DNA of 63,792 nucleotides, counting the filler, from Choristocarpus tenellus KU-1152 (lineage: Eukaryota; Protista; Phaeophyceae), in assembly GCA_964200185.2 (NCBI GenBank). It is 13 parts of 13 records of this genome, joined end to end, with 100 filler letters (N's around TTAATTAATTAA, not from the genome) between each part and the next. Parts side by side here need not be neighbours in the genome. Positions count along the whole stretch, not along the records: positions 24,547 to 30,763 come from CAXNAD020008659.1; positions 30,864 to 35,613 come from CAXNAD020013211.1; positions 35,714 to 42,714 come from CAXNAD020006890.1; 10 more parts are not named here. The stretch is one strand, 5' to 3'. A program made the position numbers and the translations under genes. Below are positions 25,537-39,171 of this stretch, piece by piece. Under the pieces are notes generated by a model. The model was given only the letters and a program-made list of their open reading frames with translations. It ran no database searches and was not told the DNA's origin. Within the stretch, counting starts at the first letter, position 1; the number at the start of each line of letters is the position of its first letter.

Positions 25537-27520
25537 ACTTTCTAAAGTTATTGTGTACAAATAAGGGTTTGTTCAGGTAGGAAATCCATAACTTACTTAC
25601 TAGCATGTTTGTTAGCTTTTTACCATTCATAATAATCTACATGACAAGAAGTATAGGTGGAATATTATCCTTACCCAATAGAATTGTTGTTACTATTCTT
25701 CTTGTTCATACCATTGATATTCTTCTTATTTACCATATTGTAAAAATAATGTGATTACTGATATTACTCCAAATTTGTTTTCTCCATCCAACAGCAGATT
25801 TCGAAAATTGAGGATGGAGCTTTTCATTGAGGATGAGTTAGCTTGACCCAAAATTGACTGGGAGAAAGTGTCGATATGTTTTTTTTTGTATTATTTTTGA
25901 AATCTGCTGTTATCCACTCGATTTATACTTCTTAGAGATTTTGCTGTTCTTATTTTATTTTTGCTCTTGTTCTTGTTGTTGGTGTTGTTATTCTATTGTT
26001 GTAATTACTATTATTTTTCTTATTATTTTAATCACCACTTTTCCAACGATAACTGATCTCACCACCATTACTGTTAAGATAGTTCATTCTCTTTGTTGCT
26101 AGTATTTCTAGTAATTAAGCACACTAATGCCACTATTAATTACTATTGCTGCTACAAGAAAGTGTAAACACAGACTTTGTCCCGAAAGAGGGCAGTAGTG
26201 CACTACAGTCCCATACACTACCTCGATAACACACCAGTATGTTGATACATGCAGATGAGAGCATTTTTCTTCTTACCACCTCCCAAATACAACACAAGGG
26301 GTGAATACACGCATGATGAGACCATGCCAGATTGAGCCTTATTTTTCCCAACTCCCTTGAGTCAAAGTAAACGAAAGGTATCCAGAGTTGCATTTTAAGG
26401 ATGCTGACATACACCAGCAAAATTCGACTGTTTGTACGACGCGTTTTTGGTACTGTCTGAATTCTGTCAAAAACTCTCATCATACAATAGAGAAAACTTG
26501 TCCATAGAGTTATGGGTGAATTGTAAAAAATGGAAAATCTGACCCAAAATGCAAAACGGTGAAAACCTGGTTACCTCTCATTTCGTTTGGCTCCTCATAC
26601 CAACAAACTCTGTTAGCTATAGAAATCACAGATTTTGTTCCACCTCAGAGAATTGAACGCCCTTCCTATAACAAGCTTTAGATTTTTCTTCTCTGGTTTG
26701 CAATAATAGTCCTGTCTGGGTTCAAAACGTCCTACCTTACAACTTCGACGTCTATTCATGTTCTCACTCAGTGCATATTGTTTGTACCAATATATCATTA
26801 CATACTCCGAGGACGTACATGGCCTAGAGACCTATAGCAGACGTAAGTAACAAACAGCAAGTTACATTGGCATACATGCATGTAACATACATACATGATG
26901 TACGATCTAATGGCCTTTGGAATATTTTAAATACGATATACTATACGCTGAAGAAGTAATACATGAAAGTAATATTATAATATTATACTCTGGAGTACTA
27001 CGTAGTATGTAGTATGTATTATGCGATTAACAAGACAGTAAATATATATAGTAATGACATTTATCCATATTGCTCATGTCAAATGTATGTACTCCGGAGT
27101 ATGTATACAATGTACTCTAGTCCAGCATTTTGTTTAACCAGGTTATTTGTGTTGTCGTTTTTGGAGTAGACCATAGGTATGATTTAAAAATCCTGGCACC
27201 GTCACAAGGAGGGGAATAGATGCGCTTCTCACCAAAATTTATTGCATTTTGACATGACCGGGCAAGCCACTATGCTACACCAGCACTCTGCCTCATGGTC
27301 CAAAACAGATGATCATTCATCCATCTCATATTCTAAAGGGTGTGCGTGTTTCCTGTAGTGTTGGTGAACATACTTTATAGTGCATCACACAATCATGAGT
27401 ACAATTCATACCTACCTAGAGTAGTACTGTGTTCAGAAGAGAGAAATAGAAAACACCTCAAATATTTTGTACAAACTAGCACTATTGGTAGATTTTTTTT
27501 TTTCCTTATCTTGTTGTATA

Positions 27521-28097
27521 CTCCCACTATCCCATAAGTCTGCATGTTAAGGGTGCAACTTCTCGAGAGGACCTCTGATTACAAAAAGTTTTTTTTGCAT
27601 TGGATTCCTTCATGTTTTTCGTTGTGAAAAATCTTTCGTTACCGATTTCCTCATGCCCATCAATCCACCAATCCACCACTGCGGTGAAAGCCCCTCTGTC
27701 GATTCTGACTGATTCCAGCAGACTTCCTTCATGCTGCCTTTTCTCAGTTTCGGTGTGCTGTACCTCGAAATTGGTACACCTTAGCGCTTTCAAAACTTGA
27801 TTGTACCGTAAAGAAGAGGCTCGGCCACACCTTCTCCAAAGTAGCTCCCTTGTACACGCCATACATACTCCTTAACCCCTTCACAAGGTCATCTATTGTA
27901 CTGTAATGTTCCCTCCAAACTCTACTTTTTAGGGATGCGAAGAAACCCATTTGTTGATATTAAGATCAGGTGACTGTGCAGACTGTGTTACAATCTTGAC
28001 GTTTCACCCCCCCTCATTCCTCGCTTCGTTGAGCTTCTGCAGCGTGTCTTTTTCCGGATGGGGGGTTACTCCGCCCTGCTGCACAACCACCTTGTTA
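27521..28097 (-). mobile_element. Truncated mariner-type transposon (3' TIR + transposase C-terminus)
   Basis: TA|ctcccactatcccataagtctg TIR; VVVQQGGVTPH...QSAQSPDLNIN..GFFASLKS, homologous to the element at 28290. Confidence 0.85.
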
Positions 28098-28289
28098 AAC
28101 ACAGGCTAGTAATCTTTTGTATCCTTATTATGATTCAGTATTACCAGTTCATACTGACTGTTGGTTCACACATTGGTACTGGTCGTTACTCACATTTACA
28201 TCATTAGCACCTCATCATAGCATCACCAACTACTGTTAGAACATCATGGTGCATAGGAAGTATGGAAGAGTCGAAATCTGTCAAACATG

Positions 28290-29984
28290 CTCCCTCCGTC
28301 CCATAAGTCTGGGCCGTTAAGTTGTAGCTCTTCGGGATGACACCTGATTACAAAACGGACTTTTGCATCAGATTTTTTGGAATATTATACATCGATAAAA
28401 AAAAATTATATTCTAAAACGATTCCAAAAGAATGGAAGACAGAATGGGGCATATTCTCATCATTTTTTAATGTTCCTGCTGCAGCGTGAAGCCGCACAAC
28501 ACTCTCACAACCCCCATGGTGAGCCCCTACAGCCTGTCGTCCCGGCATGAAGCCCACTGCCTCAGGGAAAGAACTGTGAGTTGACCGAGGAAGGTTGGAC
28601 CGCATTTGTTCTGCATTTTGCATTGGCTCTTCCTCTGGGTAACGAGGGGTGTGGAGTCCAAGTTGGTGAAATAATTTGGAGTGGAAGAGAGACACCCTAG
28701 ATGGGTGTGGGGGCCCATCAAAGAACAGTTAGACAGAGGGAATACTGTCTCCCTGAAATCACAAGCATGATCTGGACGGCTGTTGGACTTACGCTAACGA
28801 AACAAGAAAATCTGGGAAATCAACGCCAGTAATCACACGGTGACTATCGCCCAGTTTTCTACCAAGCTCGTTGAAGCGGGCCTCACAGTGGGCAGCTCAA
28901 AGCTTCATCACTGACTTGAAGCCATGGGGGCAACGAGGGTTCAGCGGCACATCACCCCTATCCTTTCATTTTCTCACAAGAACAGGATGGATTTCATCCT
29001 CGAACATATCTCCCACAACTGCAAAACCTACAGGACTGACCTCAAAAACCGTTCACAGCGACGAGTCATGGTTCTACCTCATTCGTGAACAAGGGATGGC
29101 ACGCATGTTCCTGGGGGGGGAAGAAAAGGTGGGCTCAGCGAAGGTGCAGCACAAGAGTCACATTCCCAAAGTTTTGTTTCATCTCTGCCATTTTGTTTGT
29201 GCCTGGATCCTTCCAATGATTTCGACTACAAGATCGGGATCTGGCGGGTTTGTGTCATGAAGGAGGCGCATCGGGCTACGGTGTGGCACGCGAAGGATGA
29301 GGAGTTGGAGGTTGATGCCACCGTCGATGCTGAGTGGTAGATGCTACTGAGTAGTGCACGGAGCAGCTGTTGACAGCGATCAAGGGAAAGATGTCGTGGC
29401 TGGAATCGGGGGAGGCCTCCGTGCAGCAGGACAGCGCAACCCCCCACACGGGCAAAGGGCACGGTGCAGAAAGCTGAACGCAGCAGGGGCGGAGGAGGGA
29501 TGAAACATTAAGCTTGAGTCGCAGCCAGTGCAGTCGCTGGATCTCAACATCAATGATTTAGGGGTTTTTTGCATCTCTGAAGAGCAGGGTTTAGGCGGGA
29601 GTGTTACGGCAATGTTGATGAACTTGTACAGGAGGTTTCAAGTTGTTTCACGCGTATGACGCAGAAACGCTTGAGACGGTGTGGCAGAGTCTGGTTAAAA
29701 GGTACAATGAGGTGTTGAGGGCACTTGGGGGGAACGATTTCGAGGTAGAGCACACCAGGACCAAGAAACGGCAGCGGGAGGGTGGGTTGGTTAGATCAGT
29801 CGAAGTAGACCAAGTGGTATCCACAACAGCCCTGGATTGGTGGTTTGGCGATGTCAAATAGAGGCGAGACACGTTTCTTTATTGTAAAATATTCCAAGGA
29901 ATCCAACGCAACTGTCCGTTTCGTAATCGGAGGTTATCCCGAAGAGCTACGACTTAACGACCCAGACTTCCAGGACAGAGAGAG
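28290..29984 (+). mobile_element. Near full-length degenerate Tc1/mariner element, DD39D (plant mariner)-like
   Basis: TIRs of about 110 bp starting ctccctccgtcc / ending ggacagagagag|TA; transposase motifs VHSDESWFYL, HKSHIPKVLF, QQDSATPH and QPVQSLDLNINDLG; stops and frameshifts. Confidence 0.9.
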
Positions 29985-32399
29985 TACAAGCATAATATGT
30001 TCCAAGTTAAGAATTTGCTTTTTATTCATCATGTGTAAACGAAGATTCTGTAAGAAATAACCTAAGGATGAAGAGACCATGTTTGTGTTCTGAAGAATAA
30101 TAGAAGATGTCTGGGTTCAAGAACTAGAATATGGAAGAGTTCAGGAATAGGAAGCACTGTTCAGTAATGTTTCAATTTGATATGACCACAAAAGTATGTC
30201 AAAGGAAGTATTTCGTAGAGGGTGGGGTAGTTTCACACCAAATGATTCCTTATGTACCATCGAGGAGTTGCAGGTACCTATAGAGAATAGTAAAATTCAA
30301 CACAACTGACTCTGTCTTCTGCTTGAAGAGAATGTTTCCAAGCAGGTTACAAAACTGCAAAGTATATGTTTCTTTGCTTCAGCAGCAGTCAATCCTTGAT
30401 ATTGGCACCATAAATACAACCACTAGGTATTCACTTCGAAGACCATTGAACCTGCCTCACCCCTTCAGTCACAATTCAAACTGGGGTCAGAACTGTTCAA
30501 CATTTTTGTTTTAATCTTACGACTTGTGGTGATGATTAGAACTGGAAGGAATTAACACTGCGGCACCAGAATGAGGCGTTGATTGCGGTGCTAGGATGTC
30601 TTGTTTTAAAGAGCATGGGGTATCTTGGTGAAAAATGCCCCAATGTCCTCGGGGATCTAGGCTGTGCCAAGAGAACACTCACTCGAGATACCTCTATGGT
30701 GTTGGCCTGGTCCTGTGGCCTGTTCCTGGCGGGATTTAGGGTCATCTCCTGGCGGCTTCCGACNNNNNNNNNNNNNNNNNNNNNNNNNNNNNNNNNNNNN
30801 NNNNNNNTTAATTAATTAANNNNNNNNNNNNNNNNNNNNNNNNNNNNNNNNNNNNNNNNNNNNCAGGAAGCTTTCCGCTTTCTTGCCGAGGCGCCCAAAA
30901 CTTTCCACCGCAAAGGTGTTGAGGTTATAACTACATGTATATATAGTTTTCATTGGTTTCCCCCCCGACACATCTCCAAAATGTCAGAGGGGATAATAAT
31001 AAAAATATATAGGCTTTTTTTTTTAATCTGGAAAATGGGAAAGGGCATAATAATAAAATATAGATTATGCCCTCTAACATTTTACAGATGTATCAGGGAA
31101 AACGTCAAAGCAATAGCACAGAAACCTTGTAAAAGTAATAAATATAGTTGCAAATATTATAATATAATAAGTTTATATCTCTATTTAGTATTTCAATCCC
31201 ACCTATACTACAAACACTCCATCGAAATTACATGTTTTGAATATTACTGATATTATGTAGTATTTATTACGAAAATGATCCTTGCAACATAGTTTATTTA
31301 CAGTTTTTCCATGAATAAAATGTGAAGCTAAAATATTATTGAAAACAAAAGGAGCAGATTTCATGTAGAAACCCTTCCTCTTGTGACAACAACGCCTTGT
31401 CATTACAACGAAGTCTGAAACTGGAAAGTGACATTGGCCCGCCCTACTCCACACCTCATATTTAGCACACCATGGCTTTGCGATTCGCTTGTCCAAGAGC
31501 TTCCGGGTTTGTAGTACAGGTGAGTATTGTATGAAACCTTGGGCTCGGAGTCGTTATGTGCAAGTGGGGGGGATTGGGACGAATGCTGCTGAAGGAGGTG
31601 TGGTCATCGCCTACTGGGACACCTTGTTTGAAATACAACCCCACCTCATCTCAGACCTTCACCTTTCCCTCTTATCGAAGGGTCTACGACATGGGACGAA
31701 AAAACGTCGATGTGGAGGCCCACCGCCTGGTTGGGTAAGAGATTCATCTAGTGGATCTGCTTCGGCAAGGTACGTGCCAACGGCAAGGCATCTTCCTTGA
31801 GGTCACGAACGGAAAAACCTTTCATACCGCTTGAATGTAGCATAATCCAACCTCGCGAGTAGACTTCTCTTCACTGCATAGGCAATTCTGCGTAGCCGAT
31901 TCCCTGTGTTCAATGGATAACTTGCCATGACCAAGCCCTGTATCACTCATGATTGTCAACATAGCTTGGGACTATGCCATTTCCGAGGGAGTGGAGTACG
32001 CCCCTCTACCTTGAGGAACGAGATGCTTTGGTTTCAAGTTTGCCATCATGGAATCCATACTCATAGACAGGGCAAAGGAGATGCGCGTGTTTCTCTCAAG
32101 GTAGGCAATGTATAACGGTGTTAATGGTACCCCTATATTCGGTCGTGACAGCAACATCATGCTGTCGGTGAATCAACCAACCGCCCGTCAGCTGTACCAC
32201 AACCTCAGCTAGTTTAGTAACGTATCTCTACTATCTTTATCCTGCCATAGTTGTAGGTCTGGTATTCACTGTTCTTGCTTCCCACCCCTGCACTTGTCTC
32301 CCTCTTGATAGTTGCTGACAACCCCCCCCTCGCCCTCACCTCAATCTTCGCTATGATACCCCAATAATCCTGTTGATCCTTGCCTTTGCTATTTGCCAG

Positions 32400-32572
32400 G
32401 ATGGACTGCTGGTGAGGACCAGCAGCACTCACCCTCCGTTGGGGGCTAGCAAAGATAATGACTTACCTGAGGAAAAGATTCAGAATCAAATGGTGGAAGT
32501 CAAGGATGGTGTGGAGGCTAATGGTGTGGGGGGACTGAAGGAGGATGAAGACGGTGTCGAGAACAAAACATT
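32400..32572 (+). CDS. FAM210/DUF1279-family protein, internal exon
   Basis: tgccag| acceptor, tt|gtatgt donor; phase-2 end joins in frame to exon 33208. Confidence 0.6.
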
Positions 32573-33096
32573 GTATGTCAAAAGCAAAGAAGCGGGTAGT
32601 TATGGTGTCCCTGTTTCCTTTGTACACACCCATTTGATTCAAAAGTATTCCCTAAATCGCTGAATCCATCAAGGTCAAAATACTCTGATGCACTCCCACC
32701 CTTAAGCAACATACAATCTTTGATTTGCCTAGAAATATGGACCACTTGAGTTCTAGTGGGGAACCTTGCAGTATGGACCTTTGTGATGGTTTCCAACCTC
32801 TTTTGGAGAGCACTGAGTGTAGTACAATCCAACACTATCTGTGACCTGACTACACGCACTTCAACATGTGTCTTGCTACATGTTAAGTTCCCCTGCCAAC
32901 ACCCCTGTTTTCACCTCCCCCACAATTTACGTATTCTTCACTTGTTTCGTGTTGTCAAGTAACTGCCGTGACCATGTTTTTCCTAAGACGCTTCCTCTTA
33001 GCATGTATCTGAATGCGGTAATATTGTATCAGAAACATCCCCATCCTGCCCATCCTCACAAAGAAAAAACTGATTTGATCCCTCAATTCATGCCTA

Positions 33097-33156
<60 letters not shown>

Positions 33157-33207
33157 AACTATTTTTCTCATCTCATTCTGCTGCTGCATCCTTAATATCA
33201 TGTAAAG

Positions 33208-33355
33208 GTGGCAAAAAGTGAAGCACTACCGTGACATGGCCAAGCTCATGTGGAAACGTTATGGCCTGGTCGCAATTGGGTTTTACTACACAATGTACTT
33301 GAGTGGACTAGGGAGCATTTTCTTGGTCCTTGACACGGGACTGTGGGAGTCCACT
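33208..33355 (+). CDS. FAM210/DUF1279-family protein, exon with hydrophobic segment
   Basis: KLMWKRYGLVAIGFYYTMYLSGLGSIFLVLD (K.YG...i..Y motif); aag| and |gtgagc boundaries. Confidence 0.75.
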
Positions 33356-33607
33356 GTGAGCTTCACAAGACAACTTTCAATACATGCATCACACCTTCTC
33401 CCCATCCATAGCAGACTTTTTGTCTCATGGGCACCTTTCGTTCCAATATATTTCAAAGGATGTCTTGTCCCTGCCAATTGAGTTCCATTCAACCTACACC
33501 ACCCTCGTACCCACCTCAGCTGCCACAGAGCACTGTGGACATACATTCTCAACTCCTCCATGCACTCACCATACCCCTCCCCCTCCTGTCTGTGCCCAAA
33601 CCCTTAG

Positions 33608-33847
33608 GTGGACACCTCCATGGCCATTGCTAAGCTGTCCAATTTTGTTGCTCCAGATGGGAATGCAAACACCTTTGTCATTGAGAAGCTGGAGTGGTTG
33701 CAGGCCACAGTAGAAGCAAGCCCAAGGGCAGAAAATTTTGTCCTTGCATTTGTGGGAAATGAGGTCTTGGACCCTGCACGGGAAATTTTGGTGCTGGTCT
33801 TGACACCAAGGATAGCTCGTGCGCTCGGGAGAGCTCCCCCCAAATAG
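33608..33847 (+). CDS. FAM210/DUF1279-family protein, last exon
   Basis: NFVLAFVGNEVLDPAREILVLVLTPRIARALGR (A......P.R..l....TP.iar motif); tag| acceptor, TAG stop. Confidence 0.78.
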   Translation: MDTSMAIAKLSNFVAPDGNANTFVIEKLEWLQATVEASPRAENFVLAFVGNEVLDPAREILVLVLTPRIARALGRAPPK

Positions 33848-35713
33848 GTTTGTGCGTGAACTTCTCAAAAAATGTTTTTTTCAGTATTTCAACCCCCCTT
33901 CCCCCTACCCCCCCCATTTGGTGGGTTGGGATCTTTGCTTGTTATCCTATCCACTAAAACAGATATGATTTACCTCCTATAATTTTGTCCCATGATTTGT
34001 GGGAGCACAAGATGGTGGGTGAAGGAGATAGGGATTTGAACAAGGGATTTCTCTTTTCCTGGATATCTGTTGCCAGAATTGTTGTGTGTGTGGTCTCTGC
34101 TGATGGAAAAGATAAATGAAATAAAATGGAGGTCATTATGGGTTTTTGTGTGTTCAATGTTGATGCTGTTCGAAAGCACCTGTTTGGTGTAAGGGACTCA
34201 AGTGGTTTGTGTAAACATTCAACAGAAAATAGCTTGCTGTTGTCACCCACTAGCTTTATCAAAGAAATATGCACCAGACAAGACGGCATTGAGAGTTTGT
34301 TCTATTTGAGGCTGGCATTCTGCTCTTCATTGCTCTTTTGAGTCTTTGTACGTTACTTTTCTGTTGATGAGACACATCAAGTAATACCACATTCGTGTAG
34401 TGAGTTTTATTTAATACCCTTAATGTCAGTGTGGATGAACAACAAAGGGGCCTCATCAGCTGTGGCACACATGTGGTGAGAAGATCATTGTCCAACACAT
34501 CGGGTCCATTCCGAGAGATTACTGGGGTGATTAAAGCTGGCTCAGTGATGAGCACAGAAAGGCACACGCGCACACACAGATAAGACACTTGGTTCGACTC
34601 AAAGTGGTGAGCATCTGGCTTTGCCAGTTGTAATGTGTTTACACATGGGAAAGGGGAAAATGACTGATTTTCCTGCAGCTCCATGAGTGAATCGGGGGCT
34701 GGTGTCATCAACAACTTGATGGGATGCAGTAATGAGTTTTGATGAGAGAGGTTATTGGTGAATTTTCACTATAGTAGTAGTACTTAGAGGTAGTTTTTGG
34801 GGGGAATTGTGGAACTGTGTTGTACGAGCACACCTCCAGTGGCGGACATATCCACTGAGGTTAGATTTGTACGTAAGGAGGACTGATGGGTTTTGATCTA
34901 GCGAGCACTTTTGAAGGAGTACTAACAGAGCACTTGCAATAGTTGATCTGCCTTGGGCAAGTCACGCCAAACACAAGCCAAGATTAGGATGCCCTCTATA
35001 TACTAGAATTTGCTACTGTTGTACTTTGTTGAGGTATAACTTGGTAGGGGCCTACTCCCGTGCAAAAGAGATTTTAAGAGTATGTGGCAGGGTGTGCCAA
35101 AAAGGGGTCCACTTAACAATCGTTGAAGGATCTGTTGATATGGGTGTCCATCCGCATATGGCTAGATACTCTACAGCAACATGCACAAACATTTATATCA
35201 TCTACATGGGTGGAAGTTGCTGTTAAAATAATGAGTTCTTTGGGCACTATGTGTATGTAAGCATAGCTGTCACCAACGGACCCTATGGAATAGATATTTA
35301 GGAAGGCATACCAAGAGAATTGCTCAAGGCATAAAAGAGGGGAGGGAGTGGAGCAGTTGAATAATGGATTGCAGCTACACACGATCTCACTTGAGCGTGT
35401 AGAATTGCTGTACACAGAGATACAAGATGTTGCTTTATTCTTGTCATGTTTGAACACTATACTGAAGGCAATTCATCCTGTAGAACTTGACCATTGTGCA
35501 CAGCTCTGTAGGGCAAAGTTTAGCGAACCGGAAACATCGTGCCTGTGAGGTTGGATTGGGGGGGGGGGGGAAATGTTTCCATTATTTGGTATTTGTGGGA
35601 CTCCTTTGTGTGANNNNNNNNNNNNNNNNNNNNNNNNNNNNNNNNNNNNNNNNNNNNTTAATTAATTAANNNNNNNNNNNNNNNNNNNNNNNNNNNNNNN
35701 NNNNNNNNNNNNN

Positions 35714-35796
35714 GCAATCAAATCACCCAAAAATCGCGATATGAAAAAATTGATCCCAAATGGACAGCCGCTCCCCCCTCCCAGATACTTTGAGCC
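35714..35796 (-). mobile_element. MITE family A, partial copy at contig start
   Basis: aatcacccaaaaatcgcgat...cccaaatggacagccg...ccagatactttgagcc. Confidence 0.8.
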
Positions 35797-35983
35797 TTTT
35801 TTGAGCCCAATGTACACCCAGGATAGAGTTCAAGGCAGGAACTCCCTGGAGGTGTTCAAGACAGCCTATCCAAGAACTGTGTGATCATCACACATGCTGT
35901 GATATTGCTAAATGTATGACATCGGGAGTAGTAATAAATGCTTGAAAATATAAAGTTCTGGCCAGCAGTTACAAAATCTACTA

Positions 35984-36242
35984 GGGCCAAATTATCTTAG
36001 AGGGTACAGTCGCGTCCATTTGGGGGCCAAAATCCAATGTTGCGATTTTGATGTAATTTTGGCTATCGTGTATATTAGTAAGTGTCAATATCCTTGTTCT
36101 GGACACAACTTTTCATAACGTATACACTTTCCCCACTCCGAAATATTTTGGAGTAGGAAAATGTCATAAAAGAACTCATGGGAAGGCAAGTCCCAAATGG
36201 ACAATCAGGGCAAAACTCGTACTCTCTAAGATACTTTCAAAC
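35984..36242 (-). mobile_element. MITE family B, full copy
   Basis: gggccaaattatcttagagggta / tactctctaagatactttcaaac; flanked by direct repeat ACTA. Confidence 0.85.
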
Positions 36243-36317
36243 ACTAGTACCTTGTTTCTGATAACGAAAAAAACATTATGGTGTCTGACCAATTTGAAAT
36301 CTCTTGACAACTTCCCC

Positions 36318-36504
36318 GGCTCAAAGTATCTGGGGGGGGGGGTGGCGGATGTCCATTTGGGGCCAATATTTTCAATGTACGATTTTTGGGTGATTTGGTT
36401 GCATACATCGGATGGATAATGTAAGTGCACTCTTCCTGGTTATTGACCAATACCAAATGGACACCCTGGTGTAGACCTCCCCCCCTCCCCAGATACTTTG
36501 GGTC
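36318..36504 (+). mobile_element. MITE family A, full copy
   Basis: ggctcaaagtatctggggg / ccccagatactttgggtc. Confidence 0.87.
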
Positions 36505-38585
36505 CCTCCTGCACTCCATATTGACCTGCATCGCGTTCCAGTGATATCACACAACCCTCTCACAACCAACTCTGCATATTTCTGTATGGACTATGGTTTA
36601 CTATAGGTTATTATTGGGCAGGAGTGAAGTCTGGTCACTACAGATGAGATGATGTGGTGGAATGTCGACTATGGAACCAATACTGAAGTAGGGTTAGGGT
36701 TAAGTGGAATATCGACAATGGACTGACTCTCAACTTCTGGATGGAATTAAGAATGACTGCATGGCAAAAGTGGCTTGTCCCCCCACGCTGGGCAGCCCAA
36801 TTTGAGACCCTGATTGACCCGAGCAGACTCTCTCTTGATGCTGTTGGATAAGAGGAACTACGATCTCCTTGTAGATAGCGACTAGCTACTGTGAAGACAC
36901 TGATTATTGCTGTTTTCTATAAACCAAAACAGTATTAAAAAGGACCGCGATGGTATCTTTCTGTGTATGCCAATCATGCAATACCCACAGGGTCGTAGAG
37001 GACACACAAAAGTAGATACTGCCTTACAATCTATGACAGCACCAAAGATTAAATCCAATGTCTAGACTGAGCTTTATAATGTTTTCAGTGGATAAATGGA
37101 CAGTGTACCCTGCATTGATTTCTCAGGTTCGAGCCCCCTTGACGCCAGACTCCTTTTTAGGTAAGTCTGGTTTCAATGACCCAAAGTCTATACCAAAATG
37201 GTTACTGAAAGTACACCTGTATGAGCTATTCTGTCTGTGTATATACTACTAAGCTTGGGAATACTCAGGTTCCATTGCCGAGCTACACGAAGGCCGGTCC
37301 AGCACAAGATTCTAGGGAGGAGGCAGATTGACTACTGTTGGCGTTGCTGAACTCAACATGCAAGAAGTGAGTCATGGATTGGAGAAGTATAACTAGTTAT
37401 ATGTAGTACAACAGGTAGGTGTAGCAGCTAGTATGAGAATTAGTGCTGTGTGCAGTGCCTTTGACCATGGGCTCAGACAGTCAAAGGCCAAGGCAAAAAT
37501 ATGAAATAGTATTGAGATTATCAATAATACAGTCAGTAGTAGTAACGTTAAAGAGCACTCTAGTACCAGAGTCAAACTCAGTCTCAAAGCCAGGATGAAC
37601 AACACCCACAGGCATGATTTGATCAGCAAAACGTGTACCCAACTCTGGGGACTTGTGTATTGATTCATCTATATTTTTCAACCAGATTTCGAAACTTTTT
37701 TAATGTTCCATCCAACCTCTCTTGTCAGACCTTGAAGTAGCATTGTATGTTCACAACTTAGCTTTAGGTGAGATAGTTTGTGTTCGTTGGTAAGAATTCA
37801 ATAAACACATACACGACAGGAGTTCTAGTAATAGTGATTACTTGTATGTACAATAAATGCAGCCTCCACTCCTACGGTTGTACTTGGACAAGGCTACCCG
37901 GTTCGTGTTTGAGTGGATGAATGTACCCTTAAAAAGAACAACAACCATCACATGCTAGGATCTTCTTCAGATAAGTTTCAAGAACATTTTGTAACTTTTT
38001 ATCTCTCTCTATTGATCAGTTAGAAAGTAAGTACAGACTGTAGACACATTGATAAGATGTGCAACAATGGGGGCACTGCAGAACACAAAGGGGAACAACG
38101 CAATGCTCATGCAACACTCATGGGTTCAAACATACCAAACATACATGCAAATTATACTTCGAAAACTGAACAACAATAGTAATATCAATTCTGTACAGCC
38201 TTGCCAATTGCTTTCTACTCTGAACTATTACTTTAAGGTATTGCATGGCTCATTCATCAACGTAGAGTCTCCCTGGATGCATCTTGAGAATGAATGATAT
38301 CCCTGGAGTTTATAGTTGAGATTACCGATGTATTTGGGATAGGACGGTGCTGAGTGAATCAGCTACACTGACCACTGAGTAACAATGTACAAACACCCGC
38401 AGACCTTGCTTGGAGGTCTCACAAACACCCAATTGTGTATATCTCTTCTGAAATGCCCTGGCAGAAGTGTACCTTGCACGGATGAGCTCCCGAATTCCTT
38501 CCCTTCAACCTTTCATCTTCATACCTGAGATTCTACTAGTATTAATTTTGGTTTGGTGAGACTAAAAAATTCGGACTCACAATAG

Positions 38586-38805
38586 CATGCTGTTCTTGAT
38601 TGAAGAGGACACTTCAACATATGGCACGAGAAAAGCATGAAACAGTATGAAGAGAGGCACCAATTACAAGTAAATTGCTGCAAGGGCTCATGGCCATGCT
38701 GTTCTTGATTGAAGAGGACACTTCAACATATGGCACGAGAAAAGCATGAAACAGTATGAAGAGAGGCACTAATTACAAGTAAATTGCTGCAAGGGCTCAT
38801 GGCCA
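38586..38805. repeat. Near-perfect 109-bp tandem duplication
   Basis: catgctgttcttgattgaagagg...aagggctcatggc repeated at 38586 and 38695 with one visible mismatch. Confidence 0.92.
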
Positions 38806-39054
38806 AGCACTATCTTGTCAACATGTATGTGTTCAGACAAGCAGAGTATAAGCCCTTCATCGCAATATTCCAAATAGTGCCTGCAACCGATACTCACATA
38901 TTTGGCATCAAGGTCAAATCAGCAAAGTGTGGCATTCATTAGGCACCTCCATCGAACGATAAATTGCTCTGGTACAGATTATTGTTACTTACTAGAGACA
39001 TACCTCAACCTGCCTGACTTCATTCATTGCGTTTATGACAATGTGACAACTCAC

Positions 39055-39171
39055 CTCGCTCTCCTTGAACTTTTTGACAGCAACAACTGTTCCACTGTCT
39101 TTGTTACGACATCGCAGGACCACTCCATATGCTCCTTCTCCAACGACACCCAGCACCTCGTACTTGTTCAT
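39055..39171 (-). CDS. CDKL5: Cyclin-dependent kinase-like 5 / LF5-type kinase, first coding exon
   Basis: MNKYEVLGVVGEGAYGVVLRCRNKDSGTVVAVKKFKESE is the characteristic CDKL5/LF5 N-terminus; gag|gtgagt donor; later exons not found in this contig. Confidence 0.88.

Noticed and set aside
31489-32160. Possible second LINE endonuclease relic
   Set aside because: Only vague motif resemblance across broken frames
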